A stretch of 64,000 bases of DNA from Ostrea edulis (taxonomy: Eukaryota). Below the pieces are notes generated by a model. That model worked only from the letters and a program-made list of their open reading frames with translations. It had not been told where the DNA came from and did no database searches. A program made the position numbers and the translations under genes. This document shows positions 1-12,400 of the stretch, piece by piece. The stretch spans positions 23,250,001 through 23,314,000 of the forward strand of contig NC_079172.1 of the NCBI RefSeq assembly GCF_947568905.1, in the 5' to 3' direction. Positions within the stretch are counted from its first letter, which is position 1. Every line of letters starts with the position of its first letter.

Positions 1-439
1 TACATATAAGTTAATCTTTAATGAAGGAAATTGCTTATGAAGAAATAAACTTATCTAGCGTTTAAAAACATCAACATCAATCCATGAGTACTAGTAAATA
101 GAAAACAGAAAGAAAGAGAGAAAGAAAAAATCCAAGTTTGTCTTGTTCAAATTTATTCCACTATCTAAACACTATATCGTTAAGAAATAGAATAATGTGA
201 TCAATATTTACAATCATAAAACATTTGTGACAGTTTGATCAGTTCTACACTTATAATATTTACAACACGCTCAGCAATCATTGAGGTAGATTTTTAAAAA
301 CCTTTTACATCAGATAAAGATACAGTACAATTTACAAATATATACATGTAAATAAAATTGTAATGAAGATGACGACCAAGATCCCTCCAGTTGAAAATCC
401 ATTGGTGATTCTAGCTGCAGGTCCACCAGTATATTCAAA

Positions 440-3400
440 CTACACGGCAATTAAGGCACTATTTGTAAATCGGCCCAACCTGATCATTCCGAAAAAGGAA
501 GCATTTGAAGTAAACACAGCTCTGACACCAGACGTAGAAATGTGTCTTATAGAAATGGTATCATTTCTGTTTATCCTAAAAATACCCATGGTAAAGCACG
601 ATGTTTTGTCTTCATCATGCAACATCATATTATTGGAGTAACACGCTAAAATTGCCTCGTTGTTTTTCATCACGTGGTAGCCTTGTGTTCCGTTACCTTT
701 CAACGTTATCTAAAACAGGAAGTGCAAAGATTTTAATGCAATACAGAACTAAATGCGTACAATTATATAGTATCTCCGCGATATGTTATCATTTGATAAA
801 GTTGAATCAATCTAAAACATTAAATTGAATATTGACAAAGGGAACACATAAGAATGATAGATCATATGAATTTTACTTAACGACAGTAGCGTATATATAT
901 CAGATCAACAGAAGACGGTATTTACCCCAATTTGTAATATAATTAAAATACATGTAGAGTCATTAGAGAATCTATCGCTAGAAGTATTGCATGACTGGTT
1001 TGAAAATATCTTATTGTTAAGCTGTTTGTAACAATTGATGACACAAAATAATGTTCTATATCTAAGCATAATGATATTAAAGGTATTTTTATCATGTTTT
1101 ACATAAAGCACAAATGAAAATTATGACAGTAAATACACTTGTTAAAATTTACAGATCTGTTGATATGATGTGTAAAGATACGACAGTAAATTCATAAACG
1201 ACCGGATCATTTTATAAACAATTGTACATTGGATAATAATTATTCATTGTCAGAAATACTAACGGAGTCGTCTCCCCATAGTAACACATGTGTCCACTAT
1301 GTGTAAGATATCCATTTTAAAAAAGAACATTAAAATAAATAATCTCTTGGAGTAGACTACTTATACAAGAATAAAGTGTTAGACGTCCTCTTATACAATA
1401 ACAAATAGAGGTACATCTGAATAAGTCTTTATTTAATACACTGTTATGTCTCAATCTAGTATGCATTACATTCCAGGAGCGTTCTCCACGCGAAAATAAG
1501 AAGGCAGGGGTGGTAATAGGAAATGTAAACTGTTTTTAAAAGAATTTAGAGAAGTTGATTGTCCTGTTTCCATCGGTACTGAATTCCATTCATCTATCGC
1601 TAACGGGGCAAAGGATGATTTATACATGCTTAATTTACATTTGGGATGGTATTATTTTTTGCGATTGTCTGGTGATATGATTTGATTCATATAAACGTAT
1701 ACTTCATACATTATTTTGAAGATAGTCTGGTACCAAGTTATGATAAATTTCCATATATGATTGATTTTAATTTGACCCTTCCTCTGACAAGAAGTGGTTC
1801 CTACCCAGTTTCGAAATAGATCCTCGTGATGCCAAGGGAGATCTGTCACTATCCTCGCGGCTGCTGATTGTAGTTTTTCTATTTTTTCCCTTCAGAATCT
1901 TGATTTAAACACCTACTCCATACTTCAGATGCATATTCCAACAGAGGTCTTATCAAAATAGTGTTTAAAAGTAATAAAGTTTTAGGACTGACATTAACTG
2001 TAAGTTTTTAAGCAATCCCAGTTTCTTAAAAGCATATGCATTGGTTAATATTGAACCAATCGACCAACTGAGATCGTGTGAACAAATAATACCTAGATGT
2101 TTGTGTGTTGACACAAAATCCAAGTTACTATTGTGAAATTCTAAACTGTGCAAGTCTACATTGTTTTTGGTACTAAATAAAACTCCACCAGATTTCGTTT
2201 TGCATAACTACCAAGTGCCAGCTTGATATGTTTTTAACTGGTATCTTTGGGATGAATACAACTTTTATGATATTGTTAGATTTCATATTTACTTAGAGTA
2301 ATGGACCAACAATTTCAATGAACATGCAGTCGTCCTGGTATTTTTTGTAGTTTAATATTATCTGTTATTTTCCCATTTTACTGAACAAGTCTTTTGTAAA
2401 GCATACTCATCCTACAGACTGTGTTCACTGACTACTATCATATATACTGTCTACAGACTGTGTTCACTGACTACTATCATATACTGTCTACAGACTGTGT
2501 TCACTGACTACTATCATACAGTGTCTACAGACTGTGTTCACTGACTACTATCATATAGTGTCTACAGACTGTGTTCACTGACTACTATCATATACTGTCT
2601 ATAGACTGTGTTCACTGACTACTATCATATATACTGTCTACAGACTGTGTTCACTGACTACTATCATATACTGTCTACAGACTGTGTTCACTGACTACTA
2701 TCATATACTGTCTACAGACTGTGTTCACTGACTACTACCACAGACTGTGTTCACTGACTATCATATGGTGTCTACAGACTGTATTCACTGACTACTATCA
2801 TATAGTGTCTACAGACTGTGTTCACTGACTACTATCATATACTGTCTACAGACTGTGTTCACTGACTACTATCATATACTGTCTACAGACTGTGTTCACT
2901 GACTACTATCATATACTGTCTATAGACTGTGTTCACTGACTACTATCATACAGTGTCTATAGACTGCGTTCACTGACTACTATCATATACTGTCTACAGA
3001 CTGTGTTCACTGACTACTATCATATACTGTCTACAGACTGTGTTCACTGACTACTATCATATACTGTTTACAGACTGTGTTCACTGACTATCATATGGTG
3101 TCTACAGACTGTGTTCACTGACTACTATCATATACTGTCTACAGACTGTGTTCACTGACTACTATCATATACTGTCTACAGACTGTGTTCACTGACTACT
3201 ATCATATACTGTCTACAGACTGTGTTCACTGACTATTATCATATACTGTCTACATACTGTGTTCACTGACTACAGACTGTGTTCACTGACTACTATCATA
3301 TACTGTCTATAGACTGTGTTCACTGACTACTATCATACAGTGTCTATAGACTGTGTTCAATGACTACTATCATATACTGTCTACAGACTGTGTTCACTGA

Positions 3401-6400
3401 CTACTATCATATACTGTCTACAGACTGTGTTCACTGACTACTATCATATACTGTCTATAGACTGTGTTCACTGACTACTATCATACAGTGTTTATAGACT
3501 GTGTTCACTGACTACTATCATATACTGTCTACAGACTGTATTCACTGACTACTATCATATACTGTCTACAGACTGTGTTCACTGACTATCATATGGTGTC
3601 TACAGACTGTGTTCACTGACTACTATCATATACTGTCTACAGACTGTGTTCACTGACTACTATCATATACTGTCTACAGACTGTGTTCACTGACTACTAT
3701 CATATACTGTCTACAGACTGTGTTCACTGACTATTATCATATACTGTCTATAGACTGTGTTCACTGACTATTATCATATACTGTCTATAGACTGTGTTCA
3801 CTGACTATTATCATATACTGTCTACATACTGTGTTCACTGACTACTATCATATATACTGTCTACAGACTGTGTTCACTGACTACTATCATATACTGTCTA
3901 CAGACTGTGTTCACTGACTACTATCATACAGTGTCTATAGACTGTGTTCACTGACTACTATCATATACTGTCTACAGACTGTGTTCACTGACTACTATCA
4001 TATACTGTCTACAGACTGTGTTCACTGACTACTATCATACAGTGTCTACAGACTGTGTTCACTGACTACTATCATATACTGTCTACAGACTGTGTTCACT
4101 GACTACTATCATATAGTGTCTACAGACTGTGTTCACTGACTACTATCATATACTGTCTACAGACTGTGTTCACTGACTATTATCATATACTGTCTACAGA
4201 CTGTGTTCACTGACTACTATCATATACTGTCTACAGACTGTGTTCACTGACTACTATCATATACTGTCTACAGACTGTGTTCACTGACTACTATCATATA
4301 CTGTCTACAGACTGTGTTCACTGACTACTATCATATAGTGCCGTAGATAGTTCAACGTTTTTACTTACTTTGTAAGTCACTCAAAACTACCACTGTTCGA
4401 AAATAATTCAATCAAACATTCAGCTAAAATATCAGCAGTTTCTGGTATTTATTAAATTTAATATAGTTTATTGGACTTCGAATGAATAATTGGGACCTAA
4501 CTCAAGTTTTACTAGTTTTAAGACACCAACTCCCAATAAGTATCTGTATAATGAACTATACAGATTAAATAATGGTAATTATATGTCTTTAGTTGGATTG
4601 TTAAAAATAAAGGTAGCTAACATGCAAATCAGAGAAAGACATTTTATCATTGATATTTTTCTGTATTCTTTTTTAAATAAAAATATAAATACTTTAAAGT
4701 ATGTAAAATATATATCATTGGCCTGAAAGTTATTAAACATAACAGCTGAAAATCACCTGACCTGGACTTGTCTCCGTATTTGGTGATGATTTCCATATTT
4801 GAACGATGATAAGGGAAATAGCCCAAGAAGGACAAACTCTACATGTATAAGATGAATGCAATTTCTTTATTGAATTGCAAATTGATTTATATGTCTCTGT
4901 GTACTGCTTTGATATATTTGTTTTTTAATGGTTCAAAAAGTAGTTCGTGGAATGTATATATTCATACGCGGACAGCATACAATTAGAGTATATCATTGAG
5001 GGAGTCAGCAAGATTCCAGTTCCCCGAGAGCAAGGCTATTTTAACGAAGCAAAGCCAAGGGAAATAGGCTTCCTCAAGGGGAACTGCCATTTTACTGACT
5101 CCCTAAATGACATACTTTCACTGTTTTATTGTAGAAGCATAATAGAGAGGAGATAAAAAAACCCATAACAACTATCAATTTTAATTGAATTGATTTAAAC
5201 GTTCTAAAATAATTTAACATGTTCAAGGACGTCAAGGTCTTATTTTATATACAAACAGGTAGATTTATTTTGTGTGGTTAAGGAAACGACAACAACAATG
5301 GCCAGTGGGTCTTGGGTAAAAAAAAAAAATCAAAACAATCAATCTTTCAGAAATACATGTGAGGTAGGGACTGCTCGTGCATGATGCAATTCCGTTGTAT
5401 AATGGTTATTCCAATCGGATCACGTTCGTCCTTCTCCGTAACCGGTTACGAAAATAGTAGAGTAGTTGCAATTGATGATTATTGATGACTCAATTCGGAA
5501 GACATTAGAACTTTCCACAGATGAAATGAAGTAGCTAGGTGTTCCGAATAGGTGTGTATCAGTTCATTGATTTTCGCAGGGAATCGGTAATTATACAGTG
5601 ATTTACAGAGACTCATCAAAATATGTCTTTACATTTATTTAGTGAAAAATCAGTAGAGGTAAAATAAATCGTATTAAAGAACCGGATCTCACTAGATTGA
5701 AACAAAATGTGTCTTTATTGTTGCATATGACAAAGAAATGGATTTCAATAGAAATTTTAAAGCAGAAAACACACAGTGAATGCAAATATCATCATACGAC
5801 TGCATAGAAATAGCAAACATAAAGTTCTATTTCCACATATTGTGAATTACGGTGCTATGTGCAAGAGTGGATTCTGAGCTTATAAATCTAAAAATTTGTA
5901 CAAGAATTTAAGCTCCCCGTATTTTGCAATTTTGAATGCTTTTTAATTTCACGAACACTTGATCAAAAATGAGATCGTTAAATAAATCAGATAATTTTCC
6001 ATGAAATACTTATGTAATGCAAAACAATAGACCCACGTACCTTATCAGTCACCTGAGTATTAGTCAAAATTCACTAGCCCCTAACACTACGAAATCTATC
6101 ATAATTTTCCTGTTCTGCAAATCAAAGTTAAATTCTAATATTCAGTAGCGGTATAAAACAATGTGTTCTTTTAAAACAAAAATGCTACCGAAAGTACCCA
6201 TACTAATGAAAGATTTTACATAATATGTGTCATACTAACAGTACATGACTATTTTGGACCTCCGTCATACTAGCCTAGAACCAGAGCCCCGGGGTTGCGA
6301 AATGAACAAGTTTGTTCCTCCCCTTTCTGCTTTTCCTAAAGATCCGCTTATAAGTTTTATATAGTATCAGTAAAATTAAAGAATAAGTCTTTCAAATGAT

Positions 6401-9400
6401 AAAGGCATTAATTACTATGACGATTTTGACCACAACCTGGTAACAAAACCCCTACCCCTCAGATCATGATATTTACAATTCTGTAAAGGGCTATCTGCTC
6501 CTTCTAAATATCCATTTAGTTTCAATAGCATTAAAGGTGTTAATTAAATGTTTGCACATAAATACCATATGCCAAATTTGGCCCTGCCCTTGAGTTCGAA
6601 CCCCTACCCCGGGGATCATGGAATTCCCAATTTTGGTAGTGGCATTCCAGCTCTACATGACTATACATTTAGTTTTTCTTACGGATGTGCGGTGTAGAGA
6701 AAAGAAAAAGATTTTTTTTAAAAATTGGTAAAGTTTTGGCAGTTTTCCCCCGCCACATGTCATGTTTTCAAAGTATACAAAATTACATGCATTTTGTCTT
6801 CTTTATGCTTATAGTAATTAATTCTAAAAGTTCGTTCGCCAAAATTTTGCGATAATTAACCACAATACAGACTTAAATCTAAGTCCCGATTTCAAAAAAG
6901 TCTAGTTAATTAGGTAGGTAGTCACGTGGTACAGTGACGTCACATTTAAAGTAGTTTTAGGCATGAAAAGAATTAATTCTGCTGAAAAAATGAAAAAGTT
7001 TAGAAACAGGCCTCGGTAAGCAGGAGTCCTATAATATACAAATTTTGTCCGTCGTGTCCAAAAAATGTTTTATACCAAATATGAAAAGAATTAGAATCAA
7101 GAAAAAGTTTAAAATGTTCAATTGTTAACGCATGGCGACGGATGCAGGTTACCTAAAACACGCCGATATGTTGACACTGCGATAAGGGTTGTGCCAAATC
7201 CATGACACACTCCTATTTTTAGATTGTTTCCAGTATAATGAGCCAATAGAAGCACGCAAGATATGATGGTATAAAGATATGAAAATATTAAATTTTACAA
7301 ATTTCTGTCAAAAGTACCGACCTGTGAATAGAGAAGATATAGTCCATCTTGCTTCACTGTCAGGCATCCATTTCCAAAATCCAGTTCGAACTGTTTTTTT
7401 CTTTGCTTTTCCCTTAACTTAAAAAACCATTCTGCATATTCCCACTTGTGGAATGTTCCTGAAAGAGTTTCTGTAAATGAAGATCATGTATTTAGATGCA
7501 GTAATAAATAATTATTACATTATTATATTATTGTGACTTTGATACTTTGAGATATCATGAAATTTTATGTTCTTCAAAAATTATTTGAGATGAATAACTT
7601 TTCCCTGATAAATTCGTTTTGAAATTCAAGGTACACGTATAAGGTAATTGATCTTTCTCTTTCAAGGTACTGCACTCATTGAGCAGTGCTATAGTTTTAT
7701 CCATGCTTCTAATCTTGAAAAAAGTTCTGCAGTTTTGCTATAGCAATATACTATAAAATAATTGTATATTCATCCATAAAGTTCAAATTTTGCAAATCTT
7801 CAAATACATTCCAAAACGGTCTTGCTACAATTCAAAAACATGCACCTGCATTATTAAAAATAAAAACTAGCCATATTGAAAACAGAAACTAGCAGAACAA
7901 TAACTTGATGGATATCATGTACAGTATTTGATATTTAAGGCAAGTATTACCGTCGTTTTGGTAACCACCTCTCCCAGATGAATGCAAAGCAGGAAGCACA
8001 ACAGTCTAGAAAAATAAGGGTGACTAAAATTGTCACGTTCGTTTATTTCTTTTTTTATCTCTCAGGACCATTTTCAAATCCAGCTATATGTAAGTGCACT
8101 CTCCTGTATCCCTGCACACAAAAGCCATGCATTGCTAAAACTAACTTGCATATAGAGAAAACTTAGAAATAAGGGTGGAATTACCATTTGGTCTATGCTC
8201 TCCGTCATACCCAACCACCTGCAGCCCAGTTAACTACAAAAGGAAATATGACTAGATTTACCGTAAGCCCAGTGGTCAAATTCTATTCCCTCATTGTTTA
8301 TTTCGCCCTCAATCTGGATAGCTTCTACAGCTGTCTACAATTAGAATGAGTGGCATGAAGTCTTCTTGTTGGAACTTTGTCGTTATCTAATTCCTCATAA
8401 GAATTCATATTCGTAGACGGTGTTCGCTTGGAAAAGAAGCAAGTGCATTGATATGTGATGCAGGACGCTGGGTGAGTGGTGTATCTGGGATTGATAAACA
8501 ATGAAAAAAAAGTTCAAAGATAAAAATATTCATCATACGTGCGTAAGAATATTTTGTCTTTTATATGCCAGTGAAAGAACAAAGTCTATTGTTCGCAGAT
8601 TAAACGTCATATGATTTTGTTACAGCACACCACGAATATGAGAGCACTCCACCCATCTTTCACAAAGCAAGTTAAATTAATCACTACTCGTTATCTTCAC
8701 TTTGTTCAACTAGATACCAAGTATTAATGATTCATAAACACGAAATGACGGAGTTGTATATGTAGTTTCCTACCCTAGAACTTTTAAACTAAAAAAAAGG
8801 GGGGGGGGAGAAAAACCATGAAAATAATGCAAATGTGTGTGTGTATGTGTGAAAAATATAGAACTGAGGACCGCACCCATGAAGAATTGTGTAACAGGAA
8901 CTTGACTAAGGCTACGCCCAATACCAGGATGATATAATACATGTCAAGGCTATACCCAAGGCAAAGTTAAAATGAACTAGATTAATAAACAAGGTAAACA
9001 AACTACGATTTTAATCGTCAGGCATATATTTGCTTTGTTTAATTTTTAGGCTGCATTCCAGTTTTTCCCCACTCATGTAGAGACACTACCACCTTTAGTT
9101 GTGAGCTTAATCATTGATGACATTGCGATTTACTCCTTGAATTTTCTATTTTAAGTCGAGAAACCAATATTTAAAGAACTGAGTACCGTATGGCAAATAA
9201 ATGTATCTCTTCCAACGATTTGTTTTTGATAATATATAATATACTACAACAATTTTGATCGTCATGATTGCTCAAAGTATCATCTAAAATGCTATGATTT
9301 CATGCCATTAGAAAAGACTTATATTTACCCCTGGGAAAATCAGGATAACTTTCACCCCCTGTCCCTTCTATATGAACAGCATCAATCTTAAAGATAATGA

Positions 9401-12400
9401 GAATACATGTTATATTAGTACAAATACAAATTGACGCTTTCCACGTAGAAAAAAGACAAACGAGTATTAGTTATGAGACCCTTAGTTATCGCCCCTGTTT
9501 AGAAGAAATTAATCTGGTCTTGGCGAAGCTTTACGGTGGTGTCTAAATGTCGTTATTGCATGCATATAATGTATATATACACACATGTATATGGTCTACA
9601 TAAAATTTCAGATTGATTTAAAGAATTCCAACTTTTGGAATAACTTACAATTCTTGCCAATACAATTCATATCAAACAAGTCCATATTAGGAAAATTAAG
9701 TAAACAATTTTCAGTGTGCGTCCTTTGTCCATCCAGTGCTTCATATACAATGTAATTTTATATATGTGATAAAATGATACCTCGTGAATTTCTGAGATCC
9801 CACATCCTTGTGTTTATAATATATTCAAATTGAACAAAGCATTAAAGATTATACTTTCTGACGCAAAAATAGTTAAAAATTTTATTTCTTTATGTCAAGT
9901 GGCATTCCTTGACCTCTTTAAACAAGTAATAGTCTTTGGTAAACATTTCATTGGTTTCTAGAATTTACCAGTTTGTATGGGGTTTGGGTTGTTGGTGTAG
10001 CTTTATATCTATATATATGTTGGTGAATATCAATCAAATATTAAGGTGGATCCCTCCTCATGTGATGTCATATGTTTTTGCAATTAAAAAAAATAAAATA
10101 AATTAAACTTTGCACATGATAAAAATATATCTTTCAAAGGAATTGTATGAAATGGATAAAACTATTTGTAAACTATTGATAGTGACAAAGTTTATATTTT
10201 CCTAAGATAATTAATTATTTATAATTTCAAAAATGTTGTCATGAGCAATAACTCCTATGCTGGCATTTCCACTATAGTATATCTAATACAATGATTTTCG
10301 TAATATCCACTATTGATTTATGCACATTTATAAATTAGCAATTTTCTAAACAGTTGACGCTAATTTTATCATTCTGTTTTAGCGTGATTTACTGATCAAT
10401 GTTAACCTACACTTCAAACTCTGTTGTTTTGTATGTCTACGATCTTAAAAAAAAAGGTGACAACATTCACATTTTCTTTGGTTATTAATTAAATTAAACT
10501 ATATTGAGTGGAAATTAATACACTTTTTCTACTTCCAATCATTATAAGTGATAAGTCACGATGGTGGAACTACCTTAAAGGAGTTTCTCAATAAAAGAGC
10601 TCAAATCAAATCAATAGTAGTGAATGGAAAACTATATATATATATATATATATATATAAGAGAGAGAGAGAGAATGAATGTGATGTTCATTTTGCATAAT
10701 AATGAACACACTCCCTCCAAAATTATTTGAGGTATCATCAAACATCGCATTCTAATATTGTGTGCCGCCATCTTTGATTTGATGTGTAATTTTCATTGAT
10801 ATTGGCGTTCATTCCCAATGGGCTTCTATTGGGGAAAAAATGTTAAATGCATTGAAAAGATATGAAATGTAAATTATTCTTTAGTACAGGTTATATTTTA
10901 AATCGAAATGAGATCAAATGGAAATTAATCTTTTAAACATGAAAATATTTCAGCCATATTGTCGGCTAATGGCTTATCAGTATTATAAACTCGATTTCTA
11001 ACATAAATAATTTGTTATAGGTAATAGAAATGGTTATTACATGATACAACAAAGTTTGAAATTAATAGGGAACAGTAAACTGGCAAATGCTTAAATCGCT
11101 GATGTTTAAGAGTTACTGAAATTATTTTCTATTCAAATATTTTTTTATTGTCTTCACTTTCAAGACCCCCGAAACTAGAAAAAAAAAATAATACTCAGAA
11201 TGAAAACATATTCAATTACTTTTCGTTGATTGCATTTTCTAACCGATTGATCCTCAAATTATAACGTATCGATAAATCAACGTCAACCGTGAATAAAAAT
11301 AAATCTTACTGTAACTTGTACCATAGATTTTGCAGACAGAACATTTAGAACCCATGCTTCAAACTTTATTGCTTAGTAATGAAGTGTAAATCTAAGGTAA
11401 GAAGCTCACATAATTTAAGCAAGAAGATATGAGAGTGACGAATTTTACGCTGTAAATGTACAACAATCCGTTCACAAAAACAGTTTATCCATGCATATCT
11501 ACCAGTGATAAAAATATGCTGTTTCAACGTATTTCATTTCTTGATTAACCTCTCAACATAACATAAGACGTACATATATGATATAGATTATAAATATAAG
11601 ATATACATGCTTAGTTTGATGGTAATATGAGGGTTATAAAATTAATGGAAGCATAATAGATTTTTTAACCCAGTGATTCAATTATTTTATTCCCCCATGA
11701 TATCAGTAACCTAGACATTTATTCCTTAACGACAATTTATAAATTATATCATGCATTAGTTGCCTTGGGCACCTATATTAAATTGCATTTTCTATTCTAT
11801 AAATTTCTCTGCATTTTCTGAAGAAAAAAACCCATTTTTACACGCCTTAAACAAGATACCTAAAAGAAACTAGATGACCAGAAATTTCAGTTTTAAAAAT
11901 GTATTCATAAAAATTTCTGCTTGGTTTTGAATTGCATGTAGATGAATATCAAAAAATCATAATAACTCCAATTTTCGAATGCAAAAAACTAATTACTTCC
12001 GTTAACACACCCGATCTTCGGCGATGAACTACAGGTAAATTAGTGGATTAGTTTTATCAAAGCGAGTGAAAACCATACTTCTCATGAGGTAAGAATTAAA
12101 TATTCGGGAAACGCATACAGTTCACCACTATTAATTCTAAAATGTTCATTAAAACATTATTATGTTCGAGTATCCAGGTTTCCATTTAATATTTTGCTGC
12201 AAACAAAACTTCTTTACCTATACTAGACACAGGTACAACATATATTTAGATATAGGACTTGACCAGGTGAGCAGGTCAAGAAAGTCAGTATGACACAGAG
12301 GGTGTATATGTCTAAGCCACGGTTTGTTCTGATCAACTTAGAGATAATTTTTTTATCTACCAGGAAGTTTATTTTCATTGGTTAAAAATTTTGACCAATT

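Noticed and set aside
363-641. Plus-strand 92-aa ORF (likewise 14286-14585, 27006-27317, 41747-42108, 47437-47658)
   Set aside because: These are antisense or alternate-frame shadows of real exons, with no recognisable domains.
2412-4340. 37-bp repeats as a CRISPR array
   Set aside because: Units are head-to-tail with no unique spacers, there are no cas genes, and the context is eukaryotic.
8623-9095. VECSHIRG (~8625-8655) and VVSLHEWG (~9055-9095) as extra TNF-A variant exons
   Set aside because: They are motif-like but have no phase-compatible acceptor/donor pair, and in-frame stops follow.
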